Source: Phoronis australis (Eukaryota; Animalia; Phoronida). Taken from it: a stretch of 64,000 nucleotides of DNA. Below, in pieces: positions 1-13,077 of this stretch; the first letter of the stretch is position 1, and each line of letters starts with the position of its first letter. Position numbers and translations under genes: made by a program. The notes under the pieces are model-generated. The model did not search any database and had not been told where the DNA came from. It saw nothing but the letters and a program-made list of their open reading frames with translations. The stretch is from the NCBI GenBank assembly GCA_002633005.1, contig NMRA01000049.1, positions 912,011-976,010 on the forward strand, written 5' to 3'.

Positions 1-1407
1 TTTCTATTAACGAGACGACAACGCCTCCTCATTTTTGGAACAGATTTGATGTTTTCTACGCCTTCTGGTGGCCATTTACAACATTCTTCGTATGTCTTTG
101 ACGTCTGTCTCTCTATCTGCCAAACCACTTAGAAGACGTTAAGAAAATTGGCGATTGTATTCTTGATGCGAAAACACTGGCTCTGATATTGATTTTCGGA
201 TGTGTTTGATTATTTTGGCCCTCCTTAGGGGACATTTTACTCTTTTGCTTCCACGACTCTATTTCCTTAACCCTTAGTGAATGATCTATGTGAACTTTGG
301 CAGATGGGCTTCTTTTGAGACTAGTTTCCGACCAATCAGGCTATACATGTAGCTTGCCCCCTAGTGTCATTAATTGTTTTTACGCTTGCTTCAATACCTT
401 AGGAGTTCCTTTACTTCTTCTCATGAAATTTGGCAAAGTAGTTGACAGAGACGGCACCAGCTTCTCAATCCGGATGGGGTTATCGAATTCTGCGCAATCT
501 AATGGCCGTTTGCTCTGCTATGGTGGGCGCATTGAAACGCTCAAGGTTGTTCTTGTTAAATGGTGTGTAGTCCCTAATTAGACAGCCATTTAAGTACATT
601 ATATAGATGGTGAAAACTCAAAACCCAGCTGAAAAACTTGCTTTACCAAACTTCACAAACTCTACACGTATCTGACCCTCAATCAGTTCTAGTGGTTTTT
701 TTGGTGACCACGTTGCAGAGGTGTACCTCTAGCTGACCTCATCTCTGCCAAAGGCCGAAGATGGCAACCAAGTGACACTAACACGTAACGCCCCTTCGTT
801 GTTATTGAGAGCAATGGCAGCATAAAATTAAAAGTTTATCATCGTCCACTGTGTTCCCTTAAGTGAGATGCCACACCGACATTTGTAAGATGTCATGCAG
901 ATAAACTGCAACGTACTGTTGTGCAACAAGGAAATAGACATCTGTATGCATATAGTTTGCTACATGTACATTGGAAACACGCAAGTGAATTGTAATTGGT
1001 AATCTACAAGAACACGTTAGAATTCTACTGGTTTAGTAAAACTGTACCCTATTACGTGCATTCAGGCTTTCTGTCAACATGTACGTTTCTCGGTTAACGT
1101 TGATTCAATGCAGACATCGATGAAGTCTTGTAGGGTTTTCTGCAAGACGACAATACAAAATAAGTGACTTTTATATGATTGTAACTTACATTTCTGCAGT
1201 GTCACTCGAGTCCAGAGGGGAGTCATCTTGGATGTTAAATTAGCCATTTCCATCATCAGAGATATTGCAATTGTTCCTAATGTTTAGGCGTCTCAATACA
1301 TGTAGCAATCGGTGCAGTTGTCGCTCCCGGTGCCCTCGTCCTGAATGGCATGGCTCATTACATTATTCAATTCATGCTGACCATTGCTATTATCTATTTT
1401 TGCTCAG

Positions 1408-2179
1408 AGAGGCCTGGAATGCGAAATAAACAGACTAAATTGCAAAGTGGTTCGCAGCCGTTGAAACAGAATTCGACATGTTCACCAGATATCTTACGGT
1501 TTTCTCGTAAAGATTTCGAATTTCTGTTGATGTCAAAGCATTTTTTTTTTTTAGCTTCAAAATAAAATGCTATCGGTCAACTGCTTGTGACTTCGTTGAT
1601 TTTTCTCCCACAATGCAAAACAAGTCTCCTTATTTGCTATGGCAAGACATAGATAGAGCACATTTCCCGGCCTTATATGGAAAATGTGACCCTTGACATT
1701 AGATGCGCACGTATGGTACGACGTGTGCCAAATCGCCTGCAGTTATTTATTTTTTATTAGATGCAAACAAAACAATGACGGCGTCAAGCAGCAGCTTGAT
1801 TAAGAGATGTTTAAAATCAGTCGCAAGTGTATCGCAGTATTCAAACATATTCTGAAATGCACTTGGGATTCTCCTAGGGAAATTAGAGTGCGATCACTTT
1901 TGATAATCTGCTGATAATATCCTTCTTGCCAGTCAGTTCTTTGTCGAATGTTTGTGAGCGCAGAAGCACGTTTATTATATGTGTGAGGGAGATTAGAAAC
2001 TGTGTGGTGACCACAGTTTTTCCTTCGAGCATGATTCAAAATCGTGAACTTCGTGATTTTTTCTGGAAAGTCCCTCGCATCGGGAAAGTGAATGAATTCT
2101 AGCAGACGTTGCGATGTGGTAATTTTGTCAGGAATTGGTCAAAAAAAGTTTTTGGCGAGCTTTCAGGTTCCATGCATCT
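1408..2179 (-). mobile_element. Kolobok-type MITE family A, copy 1
   Basis: Ends AGAGGCCTGGAA...GTTCCATGCATCT|TTAA; reverse-complement homologous to 3653-4145. Confidence 0.75.
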
Positions 2180-2709
2180 TTAAGTGTATTTTATGCAAAA
2201 TTGCCCAGTTCCTTTGACCAGAAACGTGATTGATTTCTAGCGCGTGCACCAGAATCATAATTGGTGTAAAATGCTCTAACGTGATAAGTAATTGTTTTGT
2301 GTACACCGGGGAGTTGGCGAAACTGAATGGTTTACTGATCTCGGTCCATGCTCGTAAAGCCTTGAAATAGTCTACTAATTCAGATTAGCATTTTGTCTCT
2401 CGCGTTTGCTGCCTACCTCCATCGCGCTGATCCATATTACACCCTTCCCCAATACTACCAGGGTTAACACTGAGAAAGGACCATGCAACGTGGCTTCACG
2501 TATTTCGAAATATAACATTAAGCGTGCATTATCTTACTTAGATACAGTGAGTCATGCAGTGTTCATGCACGTATTGCTAGCAAGTGAAACAATTTTCTAC
2601 TGGACAGAGCATACAACGCCACACTTCGGAGGAACCTAATTTCTAGCTCCGCCCACTCCGACACACGTCCGGGTACTCGACATGAACAAGGGGAAATCAA
2701 GAACAGATA

Positions 2710-3200
2710 GGACTTCATAACCACTTGCTTGGACTCCAAAACCAACTGGCTGAACTGCAAATCCCAATGACCGGTGTTCTAACTTGGTGGTCCTACCTCA
2801 AAACAGGTTGGCCACTACCTCAAAACTAGATGGCTGTACCCGAAACACTGGTTGGCCAGACCCAAAACGGGTTGGCCGGTGCTCAAACACAATGGCCGAA
2901 CAAATCGCCGCTTCTGACAAGCAGATGGGTACGAAAAATAAACACTAGATATCACTCGAATCCTTCTAGACATTCAAGGTGAGAATCTGAAGAAACCCGG
3001 CTGTACTATTGTATTACCGGTCAACTGGTTATATCACCGGCCATCGTGTTTTGGGTTCAGCCAACTAGATTTCGGGGTGAGGTCATCACGTTTTGAAGTC
3101 CAGACAATAACACGTTTGAACACCGGCCATTTGGTTTTTGCAGCGCAGCCGACTGGTTTTGAAGTTCGGGCAAATGGTTTTGAAGTCCGACCAATTGATG
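2710..3200. repeat. Foldback element with arms of degenerate ~21-bp subunits
   Basis: Left arm of ctccaaaaccaactggctg-like units (2710-2900) mirrored by ccgactggttttgaag-like units (3036-3200). Confidence 0.6.
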
Positions 3201-3652
3201 ATTCACTTTCTTGATACATCAGTTTGAAAATGACCGCAGAACCATGGAGGTGGAGGTGTTCCCAGGGTAGGCCTAACGACTATACCGTCTATGTCAAAAC
3301 AACGTTGCTCCTCTTTCGCCCATTCTGATTGGTTATCGTGGGACATTCGGGAAAAAGTGTCGCCCTTAATTATGCTTGTAATTACAATCGACTCTTCGGT
3401 CGCTTTTCACGACCGTAATCAATACATTCTGTGACACATTGTTTGTAGTTCTTGTGAGGTCTCATTGTTAGTCTTTCGGAGGTAAGTGACGTCCGTAATT
3501 ACGCTTGTAATTAAGATCGAGACTTCGCTCGTGTTTTACGGCTGTATTCGATCGCCCGTATTACAACCGCCACTAGTTTAAGGACTAAGTCCCTATTTTT
3601 TCATTGAAATAGAGGGTCCAGTTTTTAGTTATCGTATGAGAAAGCATCTTAA

Positions 3653-4145
3653 AGAGGCATGGAACAATTCGTGACAAAAGTACCATCGTGCAACATCTAG
3701 TACAGAGTAATTCACTTTCACCTGTCGGGAAATTTCCAGAAAAAATCACAAAATTCACGATTTTTTAAATACGCGCAAAGCAAAAACTCTGTGGTTACAT
3801 CAGAGTGTCTAATATCTCTCCCACTTATGGTTAATGCGCGCACGCGTTCATAGTCAGTTGCTTGAAGTCCCTTGGGGGCAAAGGTCATATTTTTTCATAT
3901 AAGGGTATGTGCTATCTCTATGTCTCGTAATACCAAATAAGGAGAGGTGCGTTGTCCTGTGGGGGAAAAACGACGAAGTAGCGAGCAGTTCACAGGTCTT
4001 TTTATTTGAAATTTGAAACTAAAAGAAAATGCTTTGATATCGCCAAAACTTAAACATCTTTACGAACAAACCCTGAAAGTACCTGGTGAGCAGGTTGAAT
4101 TCTATTTCAGTGACAGTTTAGTTGTATATCGCGTTTCAGGCCTCT
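3653..4145 (+). mobile_element. Kolobok-type MITE family A, copy 2
   Basis: TTAA|AGAGGCATGGAAC...GTTTCAGGCCTCT|TTTA. RR...YY termini with TTAA target are typical of Kolobok. Confidence 0.8.
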
Positions 4146-7100
4146 TTTATGGGCGGCGCACAATAGGGGGCTGGGGGGCTATAGCCCAAATTTATTTCAG
4201 TGCTGGAGCTCATAATAAAGATACATTGATAGACAAAGATTACACCTGTGATTAAAGAACGATTCAAATACGCACAAGATATAGGGAACTTAGCTGAGTC
4301 CCAAACTGGGACTATTTCATGAAACCAGGCACTATTGACGTTTCGCTTTTATCACCCCTCCACTTGCGGTCTGCGTACTTTGCTGAAGATTTCCCACGGT
4401 CTGTACGCGATTTACAGAAACTACTATCGTCTTTACAACAATAGTGTTTTTGTCGCATAGAATTTATAATCAAATGATATTGATTTCATTAATAACCGAG
4501 TTCGTCAGATTTGTGCAAATTGATTCTTACACTAAGGAATAGTTACCAGATTACACGTGCATCGATTCATGTCGGGTATACAACTGCCGGAGTACCCATA
4601 AATCTGTACCCATATCAGTATGCTCGGCTTTTCTCAGAATTCTCAAAGTAAATCCTTACGACATCGATGAAATAGAAATTCTGGAACCCATACTGCTGTC
4701 AACACATACCGGGGATTTTCGATAACGCGCTCATCTCCAGAAATCGTCCGCGAGCACTTTACGGGAAATCCCTAGTACTGATGAATGACAGTCGCGACCT
4801 CTAAAGAATCTATATATACATTTAACTGTTCTGCCGTTTATGTGACACAAATGATAATGCAATGTACATTTCTCAACCGTGTTGCATTCTGTAGAACTGA
4901 GAACCTTGAGAAAACGCTGGGCATTGACATAAATTAGAAGCGAAGTACGGAAAGAAACTAAGTTTTCTTGTGAGAGACTTGATTCTACGGATCGCAACCC
5001 TTGCTGACGATGGAAATGCACTCACTACGTACATTCCGGTTGATTTTTTGTTTTTCTTTGACTTGCAGTTGTTTTAATGGCATAAAGTACATTTTACATT
5101 CAGCTAGGTGTGTTAAATTGTCCAAAAACAAGTCCTAAACGGTAATATTTCCGCCCACGATCTGATCTAAGATCGAATAGATCTGCTGACAGTATAATTG
5201 TTTTGATTTAATACATTGCGTTATCGATCTTGTCTTCCAATGAGACATCTTGAAAGAGGCCATTTTATGTCTGTAAAACATGGCGCAAGATCATAAACTG
5301 GTGTTTTAGTGCTGACTGTTGTTGAGAAATCCGACGACGTGTCATGAAAATATGGGACCGCAGTCCGCTAAACGCTACCACTACCCGGAAATCTTGATTA
5401 AAAAATAAACAACTTTGGCCGACGATGGCTGTATTAGTTGATATAATATATTTATCATGAACAGTTTCGGTGACATCAAAATGTCCAGTAATTATGACAA
5501 TTTACGACTGTGTTACACGCAGGAGATACATTTTACAGTTAATTCAACTTTCACCTGTGGTTTTCATTAAGCATGCGTATTTACGCGGGCCGACACTCAT
5601 TGTACAGGTATTTAAGTACACGTGTACTTTATGCCTAGTGGCTGTTACTGTTGCTGTTGTTGTTGTTTTCAGGGCTACAAGCATTCGGGACCCGTAAGGA
5701 ACAAAACGCTTTTATAAATGAAAATCAAAATTTCGGCGTTGGTGTTTAGGTCAACTTTCTACAAATGTGTACTCAAAGTTGCATATAGGTAGGTTCTTCT
5801 AGACTTGTCGTTGTTTTTAGCCAAATATCTACTGTACAAAACTATAGACTTCAACATACACTTTCTGAAAGCAGAAAGCACGTAGAATTTATGACGGTCT
5901 GCTTATAATCGGGTCACGCGACTATGTCTTTTTAGTAAAATTTAACAAAAAAGAAAGTCAAACCCATAGCCAAACAACGATATCAAGAACACGAACAAAT
6001 ATCGTTCGATATAAATTTCCAAAATGAAAATTAATCTAAAAAATGTTGTTAGTTCTCTAAATTATCATTTCGTTTTTGTTTAATGCAACTTTTGATTTTT
6101 TCATAATAAAAGTATTATCTTTTGAAAGTCTATAATGCAGAACTGAAACGTGTTAAAACAATTCTAACAGCTTCGTGAAGAACAATGCATTTTGCATGAG
6201 GCATAATATCTGCAAGCTTCATACGAATTCAACTTGTCTTTCCAGAGTTAGGATGTTCCGAAATTTGCCAAAGTTGGCCAATTTCGAAGGTCCTTTAAAG
6301 GGGCACTTCACAGCTATTTAGCAACCAATGTTGGATTCTTAACCGAGGGGCTGTGCAGTTTTTAATTTTTAATACGCACATTCGATCTTGAAATGCCATC
6401 AAAAGAACCTACAACTCAAGTAACAGGCAATGCATGTATGCACCATTTTAGAATTCGTAATTTTAGGGTTGGCTAGCCCCTCTAAAGTCTGAAACGTTTT
6501 CTAGTGTAGTTGTATGGCTTCACTGTTCTTGTTCATTGGTAACGGAAATAGAATCTGATCACGGTAAGGAAATCATGAGACCGTTTTATTAGAGATAAAG
6601 AGTCTAATTCGATCTTTGTTTTCAACCACCTAAATACAGCAAAATGCAACTGTAAACATACAAACCAGCAAGGCAAATTTCATGCAGGCAGATTTGTAAC
6701 TGGTTTAATAGTTCTTCAAACCACATGCCAATTTCCCACAAATGGTTAGTGAATTTAGATAATTAGGTTGATATGTTTTCATCCCTGCCTGGCCGCTCCA
6801 GAACTTCATTACACTTTGGATTTTGCGTCCGTTATACACTACGTGCGGTTGATGAATTTAAGCCGTCCTGAATACATGCCACTATAATATCGTTAGTGAT
6901 TCCCCGTAGCTTACTGATGATGGGTAACAAATAATCTAATAAAAAGAATTAGAAAAAAATCCCGGCATGTGTAGTTATTGAAGATCGATCAAATTTGAAT
7001 AAGTCACTAATCTCGGCAGCGATATTCAGTAGTAATTGCTCAAGGTTTTGGACAGTCTTTTATTAGTTTCTAACTGCTCTGATTGGTAGTTTTCAAAGCT

Positions 7101-7325
7101 CAGTGGTTATTTTTATCAGTTATATGCATTTATACGCTGAGCTCGAACGCAAATTGATCCAACACGACTTTTCTGTTATATGATGATGTAATAATTCAAC
7201 TAGATGACACACATACTTACTCTAAAAAACAGCTCATTTCGAAGATGTCTGCTTGAAAAATCACTAAATCTGCGTGGAATGAAGACTCGGTTAAGAGTAC
7301 CATAATGCCGCGTTACACCTACCTG

Positions 7326-7472
7326 GCGCCAGTTCCGTAAACGCAATACACACTGGCGAACATGCAATATCACGTGTAGTACGTGTTCATGAGATTTCGC
7401 CATGCATTGAAAGCGAAGTATATGTTCACACTAGCTTTAGTTGTATGATTGCTGCATCTACGGAACCCTGCC
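7326..7472 (+). mobile_element. Small PIF/Harbinger-like MITE (related copy at ~23272-23410)
   Basis: CTG|gcgccagttccgtaa...tctacggaaccctgcc|CTG; shared core cgccatgcattg(a/c)aagcgaag...cacactag in both copies. Confidence 0.55.
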
Positions 7473-8084
7473 CTGTTCTCAGAACAATCGAAAAGACAGC
7501 TGGTGATGGTCGCAAACGTGCAATTAACCTGTATCGAATGCGACACCGTAAAACGCTTCGTTGGTTTCCAGTCGTTTAATTTCCCGTTTTCGAAGTCGTA
7601 CTGACAGCTACCACGGTATGACAAAGCACTTACCTGCACAGAAATAACAATGGTTTTGCCTTCCGAAGACTTACATGTGTAATCGCTTCCTAACGCTCTT
7701 AAAGTGCTATCGGATTTCTCTCGGTGCTTTCGACTCTTTGCGCAAATTAGATGACTTGTTAAAGGAACGCACCAATATCCGGTTCTGAATGACCAGAAAT
7801 CATTACATTTCTTACTTATTCTTCGCAGAACAAGACAAGGGCGTGAATTTTTCTGCGACTAAACTAATTAGATAATGACCATTTTTCACGCGTGAGCAGC
7901 CTCGCCACAACGTCCCGGAAACAAGTTAACCATTGAGCAAATTTGAAAAGAAATTGTATCGTGATGAGTTTATTAACCAATTAACTTTGCAATAAAATAC
8001 AATTTTACTGAACTTAGCAGAAGCGCGGGATTGGACCTACTAACTTCGCAATAATGCCGAATGCTCTACTGCTGTGCCAAATAC

Positions 8085-8907
8085 CATGCTAAGATTTTTT
8101 CAATGTGACAATTTCGGAACATTATTTACATTAAACTTATTTTTTAAATCGATTGGCTATTATTAAGGCCCTTCATACTAACGTCGACGCGTGGATGGTT
8201 TGTGGAGTTGCGGTCCTTGATCGCAGTTAACAGCTCCAGTTAACATCGCAGTTAACAGGTGGAATAATAGTGCAGCGTCGACGCTGCGGTGCAGTATGAA
8301 CGCTTAACTTCGGTCCAATCGGAGTTATCGCCATGTGCCACTGTTATCGCAACAGTTACAGAGTAATGTCGTCACTAATAGCTGCTTATATTTTGCTCTA
8401 ATAACAACTAATCAATTTAAAAATAAGTTTAATGTCATTTAGCAGATGTAAAGGTTCTCAATTTGTCTCATTGAAAATAACCTTAGCGTGCAGCTCTACC
8501 TTGCGATAACTTCGATGACGACAGCGTCACCAACCGTTTACTTCGATGTTCATTAACTGCCGAAGCCAGTATGAACGGTCCAATTAATGGCACTGTTTAC
8601 GTCGACGCTCCGCTCAGACCGGAGTTATGTCAATGTGAAAGAGCCTTTAGAGCAAAATATAAGCAGCTATGAGTGACGGCACTACCCTGTAATTGTTGAC
8701 GATAACAGTGGTACCTGGCGATAACTTCGATTGTACCGAAGTTAACCGTTCATACTGCACCGCAGCGTCGACGCTGCCCAGTTAAATCCACCTGTTAACT
8801 GCGATGTTAACTGGCGCTGTTAACTTCGATCCAGGACCGGAGTTAGCGTTCATACTGACCGCAACTCCCCAAACCATCATCGCGTCGACGTTAGTATGAA
8901 AGGCCCT
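8085..8907. mobile_element. PIF/Harbinger-like MITE (8166-8646) nested in an inverted copy of the same family
   Basis: Inner element TTA|AGGCCCTTCATAC...GTGAAAGAGCCT|TTA; host ends GTATGAAAGGCCCT|TTA at 8907. Confidence 0.8.
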
Positions 8908-9715
8908 TTATGCGTATTTAAATAGTAGGCAACAGTCCAATGTCTGGCAGACAACTGCGAGAATTGGCGATTGGTAATAGAATCACAAAAACTGCAAAAG
9001 ATTTTGTTGTTTTAATGCTATTGTCAAAGCTAAGAAGCCTTTCACATCCAAGAATAAAAATGCGTTTTGGCTGTAAACTGAAACGAAGGTTTCCCTTTAA
9101 TTCACCGTGCGTTCTTGGCCCAACCCACAGAGGCTACACTCACTATGAAGGAGTGAATTCACTTTTCATTTAACAACTATGGAAAACATGTCAGAAATGA
9201 GTAATTCTAATGTTAGATAGATATCTTGTGTACATCTGCATGCGTGCATCAAGTCAGATATGAAGAGAACAGAGCCGCGTTCCACAGAGACCAGTAATTA
9301 GTCGCATATCGAATGTGCACCGACTTGTGTGCTGTAATTGGAGAGTGTACACAGTAGTCCAAATGTCGTATACGACTTCTTAGGAGTTGCACGAAAGCCT
9401 GAGCAAAACCGAAAGTGCTCTTGAACTTAACCTACAAGCCAAAGACCTGTGCGACTAGTCGTGGCTCACATATTTAGATTAGTTAGTGGTACATGACATT
9501 CGTATGACGGCGACATCCCGTTGCTCCCAACTTGTTCGATTCTATAGCCCAACAACAAGTTGGGAAGTTGACCCCCGTAGCCAATATCTTACACAACTGA
9601 TTAACTCCATTGTGGCATTCATGGTTGGAGGGCCTGCGCTCTTTTGTTCGATAATTGCTCTAATCTCCGATCATATCTAGCCTGACTGGGCTGGGCTGAT
9701 AAAAATGAAAGTTAA

Positions 9716-11904
9716 AGTCCTTCCCCTAAACTGCCCATGTGGTTCCAGTATCCGAAAATACTTACTACAAAAATTCTTATTTTCGACACCCTTTCTTTAT
9801 ATTCTTTTCGTCTTTCTTGCCAAAAGCGATTTTTTAACAGTATTTGACCCTTCTCTCTGAGCGTATGATTACCGGTTGTCATCGGTTATTTCCGTACCCA
9901 CATTTCCGGCTCATCAGTTCAGGAACTTGTCCTGAACGCCGCCATTTTTCCTTGTAACTGAATGTGCTATGGCTTGCTCGAAAAATCTTCATTATTTTGT
10001 TTTATTAGAAATATATCGTGATTCGTTTGCATATGTAGTGTACTTATAGTCTGTAGTTAGTGGTTGTTGATTTTTTTGGAATGTTACGCGTACTTAGTAT
10101 GTTAAAGTAGCATTGGTGTTTAGTTCCTTACGTAGGCCGGTCGAACCTAGGAACCAATATGAATCGAACCAATTTTTTCGGTTTTATTTTTTTCCTTGTT
10201 TTGAAAAAGTACTTTGCTATCATCGGAAAGGTAGTACATTTTACTCAGTAAAAATCGAAAAAGTATCAAAATCGGGCCAAGCACTGTAAAGTTATTGCAA
10301 GTTGTGTGGCGAAATTTGGGTCACTTTGTTTGGATCGCGTCGGCCATATTGGAGGACAGCAGGATAAGTTACGAGTTTAAAACTTTGTGTAAATTGTTTT
10401 CGCCAACAAATTACGGTGAAATTTAGTTAGACATATCTTTACTTACTATTCTGCACGATTTAACAGTGTTCACCAAATTTCAGCCTCGCAGTTGTTACTC
10501 TTTAAGTGATAAATGTGCTCACAATTCCCGTTGGACTTCGTCTCAAGTTTCTGGCGGCACCGACAACATGGCGACTTTTGCTGAACTGAAAGGCATGTTC
10601 AACCGGCTACTTTGTAATTTGTGAAAATTTAACGTTGATACATTTTGACAAACGTTGCTACAAAAACGAAACTTTGTTCAATTTTCATGTTTTTTGTGCA
10701 AAAATATAAGATATATTCGAATTATTTCAGGTTATCAAGTCAACAACTATGAATAATCTTAATTTGAGAAATGAGCTATGTTGGTTTGTGAAGCTTCAAG
10801 CCTCTAATTCTTGTTCCTTGCAACTTCATATTTTTTAAATGATGCTTGTCAAATTCTGGTGTAAGGAAACACTATTCCGTCACCATGGTAATAGTTACAC
10901 GTATGTCCACTTTCATATCATGGAAACTGTTGCTGTTGAATAGTGTTTGTAATGCTAAATGTTGTAAAGTATTGTGCATTTTAAGTTACTTATTATGTTG
11001 GGTTAATGAATGAAAATTGACAACATGTTGTATTGGACTTGTCATCCTTAAAGATAGTAAAAGATAGGCATTCCCAAAAATTTCAGCCCCCCATTCTTTT
11101 AGGTTTGGTGCGCTCATACAAAGTCTGGGAAAATCTCTATTGAAAGCCAACAACTTTGCACAGTTCGCCAGAAGTACCCAAGTTCTAAATAAACCTCGTT
11201 TGAGCGAGCGCTGTGGCCAGCGACCAGTTAGGCCTAAGGGTAGCCTTGGCGCAAAGCTGTATAGGCCTACTAACAAGCTGTATTTTGACGATAGTCTTCA
11301 CTGGTAGCTGGTGACTGAGGCTAACTAAGGTCTGCCGCGGCAGTGTGACACAGGACTAACCAGCCCGTAATTTCATGCAAGTGTCTGAAACTACCCTTGA
11401 ATATATGCAGCATTTATCATTTGACCATTTTACTTCGACAAAACAGCTTGCAACCGCATGCATTTACCGTTCGCCAGTGTCTGGTCTCGATCCGCACCGG
11501 GTCCGATAGGCTGCGGTCCCGAGTCTGGCAAAATAATTTCTGTCAAAATTTATTCGCCACATTTATTCAGCAAATTCCATAAAATTGTCTGTAGTTTGAT
11601 TTTATCAAAATTAAGGCGCGCTGTCGATTATTTTATCTCCGTTTGCTGGCTGGTAACATTACAGGCACTGCTCCAGTCGCACTGACGGAGTTTTCTCGGC
11701 CTGAGTTCCTGAATGAATTGTACTTCCGGGTTAGCGGCAAGTTCAAAATGACGGTGGTTCTTCGGGTGCGAATCGTGAGTGGCGCGTTCACTTAAACTTT
11801 TTTCGAGTACGGATCGTGCATTAGTTATGGGGTAGGTACTTCTTGGATCCTTATAACATCTTCTAACCATGTAATAAGGGTTAACAACGCGTGAGAGAAG
11901 GACT
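9716..11904. mobile_element. Non-autonomous Kolobok-type element, ~2.2 kb
   Basis: TTAA|AGTCCTTCCCC...GAGAAGGACT|TTAA. The empty site is present in a second copy of the host repeat at 56410-56757. A related end (ATAAGGACT|TTAA) lies at ~36700-36930. Confidence 0.85.
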
Positions 11905-13077
11905 TTAAGTTAAAACATACTTGAGCTTAAACCAATTGCATTTCTGAATTCCCACTCAAATGCTGATCATGTTAAGTTTTTGAATCACCAAAATCGCCCA
12001 ACTACAACAGAATTTAAGACAATCTATTCTGTCCAAACGGATTACCAACGCACTGAGTTTGACTGTGTTCTGAATACGCGTTCGGTAATAGCGTGCAACC
12101 ACCATACGTTTCCTTTGAAGCCTGGGAGATTGGCCTGCTTGTTATCATACGAGACAAAAGACTGAGGTGGGCAGTTAACAAAAGAGCCAGATTTTATCGC
12201 TCGTTCAGCACCCCTCACGTCTGGAAAAGTTACTGAACGACAGAACGCTGTAATGTTCGACTTCAACGTCCGACGAGTACATGTAGGCCTAAGTACGGAC
12301 GTGTAGACAGGGCTTAGTTCTCAGGCAAGCCTTCGCAAGATTTTGTCTTGCATTGCAAGCTAAGGACGTGAGGCTGTAGGTTTCATTATCCACTGAGACT
12401 GCCCTTAAGCGATAACTTTTCTCGCCGACATCACTGTGTTAGTGGCGGGATCTCATCCTACTCTCTTTCACAGTGTTACGCCCGCAGCATTATCTTATTA
12501 ATCATGGCTTCTCGTTGGTTAAGTGATAAAACCGATGTCACAACATTCAGTCATTCCCATTGGTTGAAATCTGTGAAACCTTTTCAGTTTACTGTTACGT
12601 AGTATGGCTACCACCTTTGACTTGAATAATTGCAATTTACTGACGCGGGCAGTGATCGAAGTAAACAAAATCAAGGAAACCCCAATTCCGTGGCTTATCC
12701 CAAACAACTACAGTGTAGTATACAGAAAGCGCGTGAAAGTGGTGGCGATGTGCTCGATAAACTTCCGACCAAGCATGCGCATTGATGCCAACACAAGGAA
12801 TTCCGTGTGTCGTTCATCATGTTTCTACAGGGCCACTTTTCGGTATAGGTGGCTCTGTGTCAAAGAGTAGGTCTCATCCATCTGTGTGCTGAAGGTTGTC
12901 GGAAGCCAAAGCTGCCACCGTTTTTGACTGCAGGAGGAACAAGGGGAGGGGAAGTGAAGAGGAGACGCTGCGTGAAACTTACACTACTTCGGACTTGCAC
13001 ATCCTCTTATTCTGTAACTCGCAACGTGTCAACTTTTATTATTTTCTCAAACGAGGAGTCCAGCGGATTAACTGATG

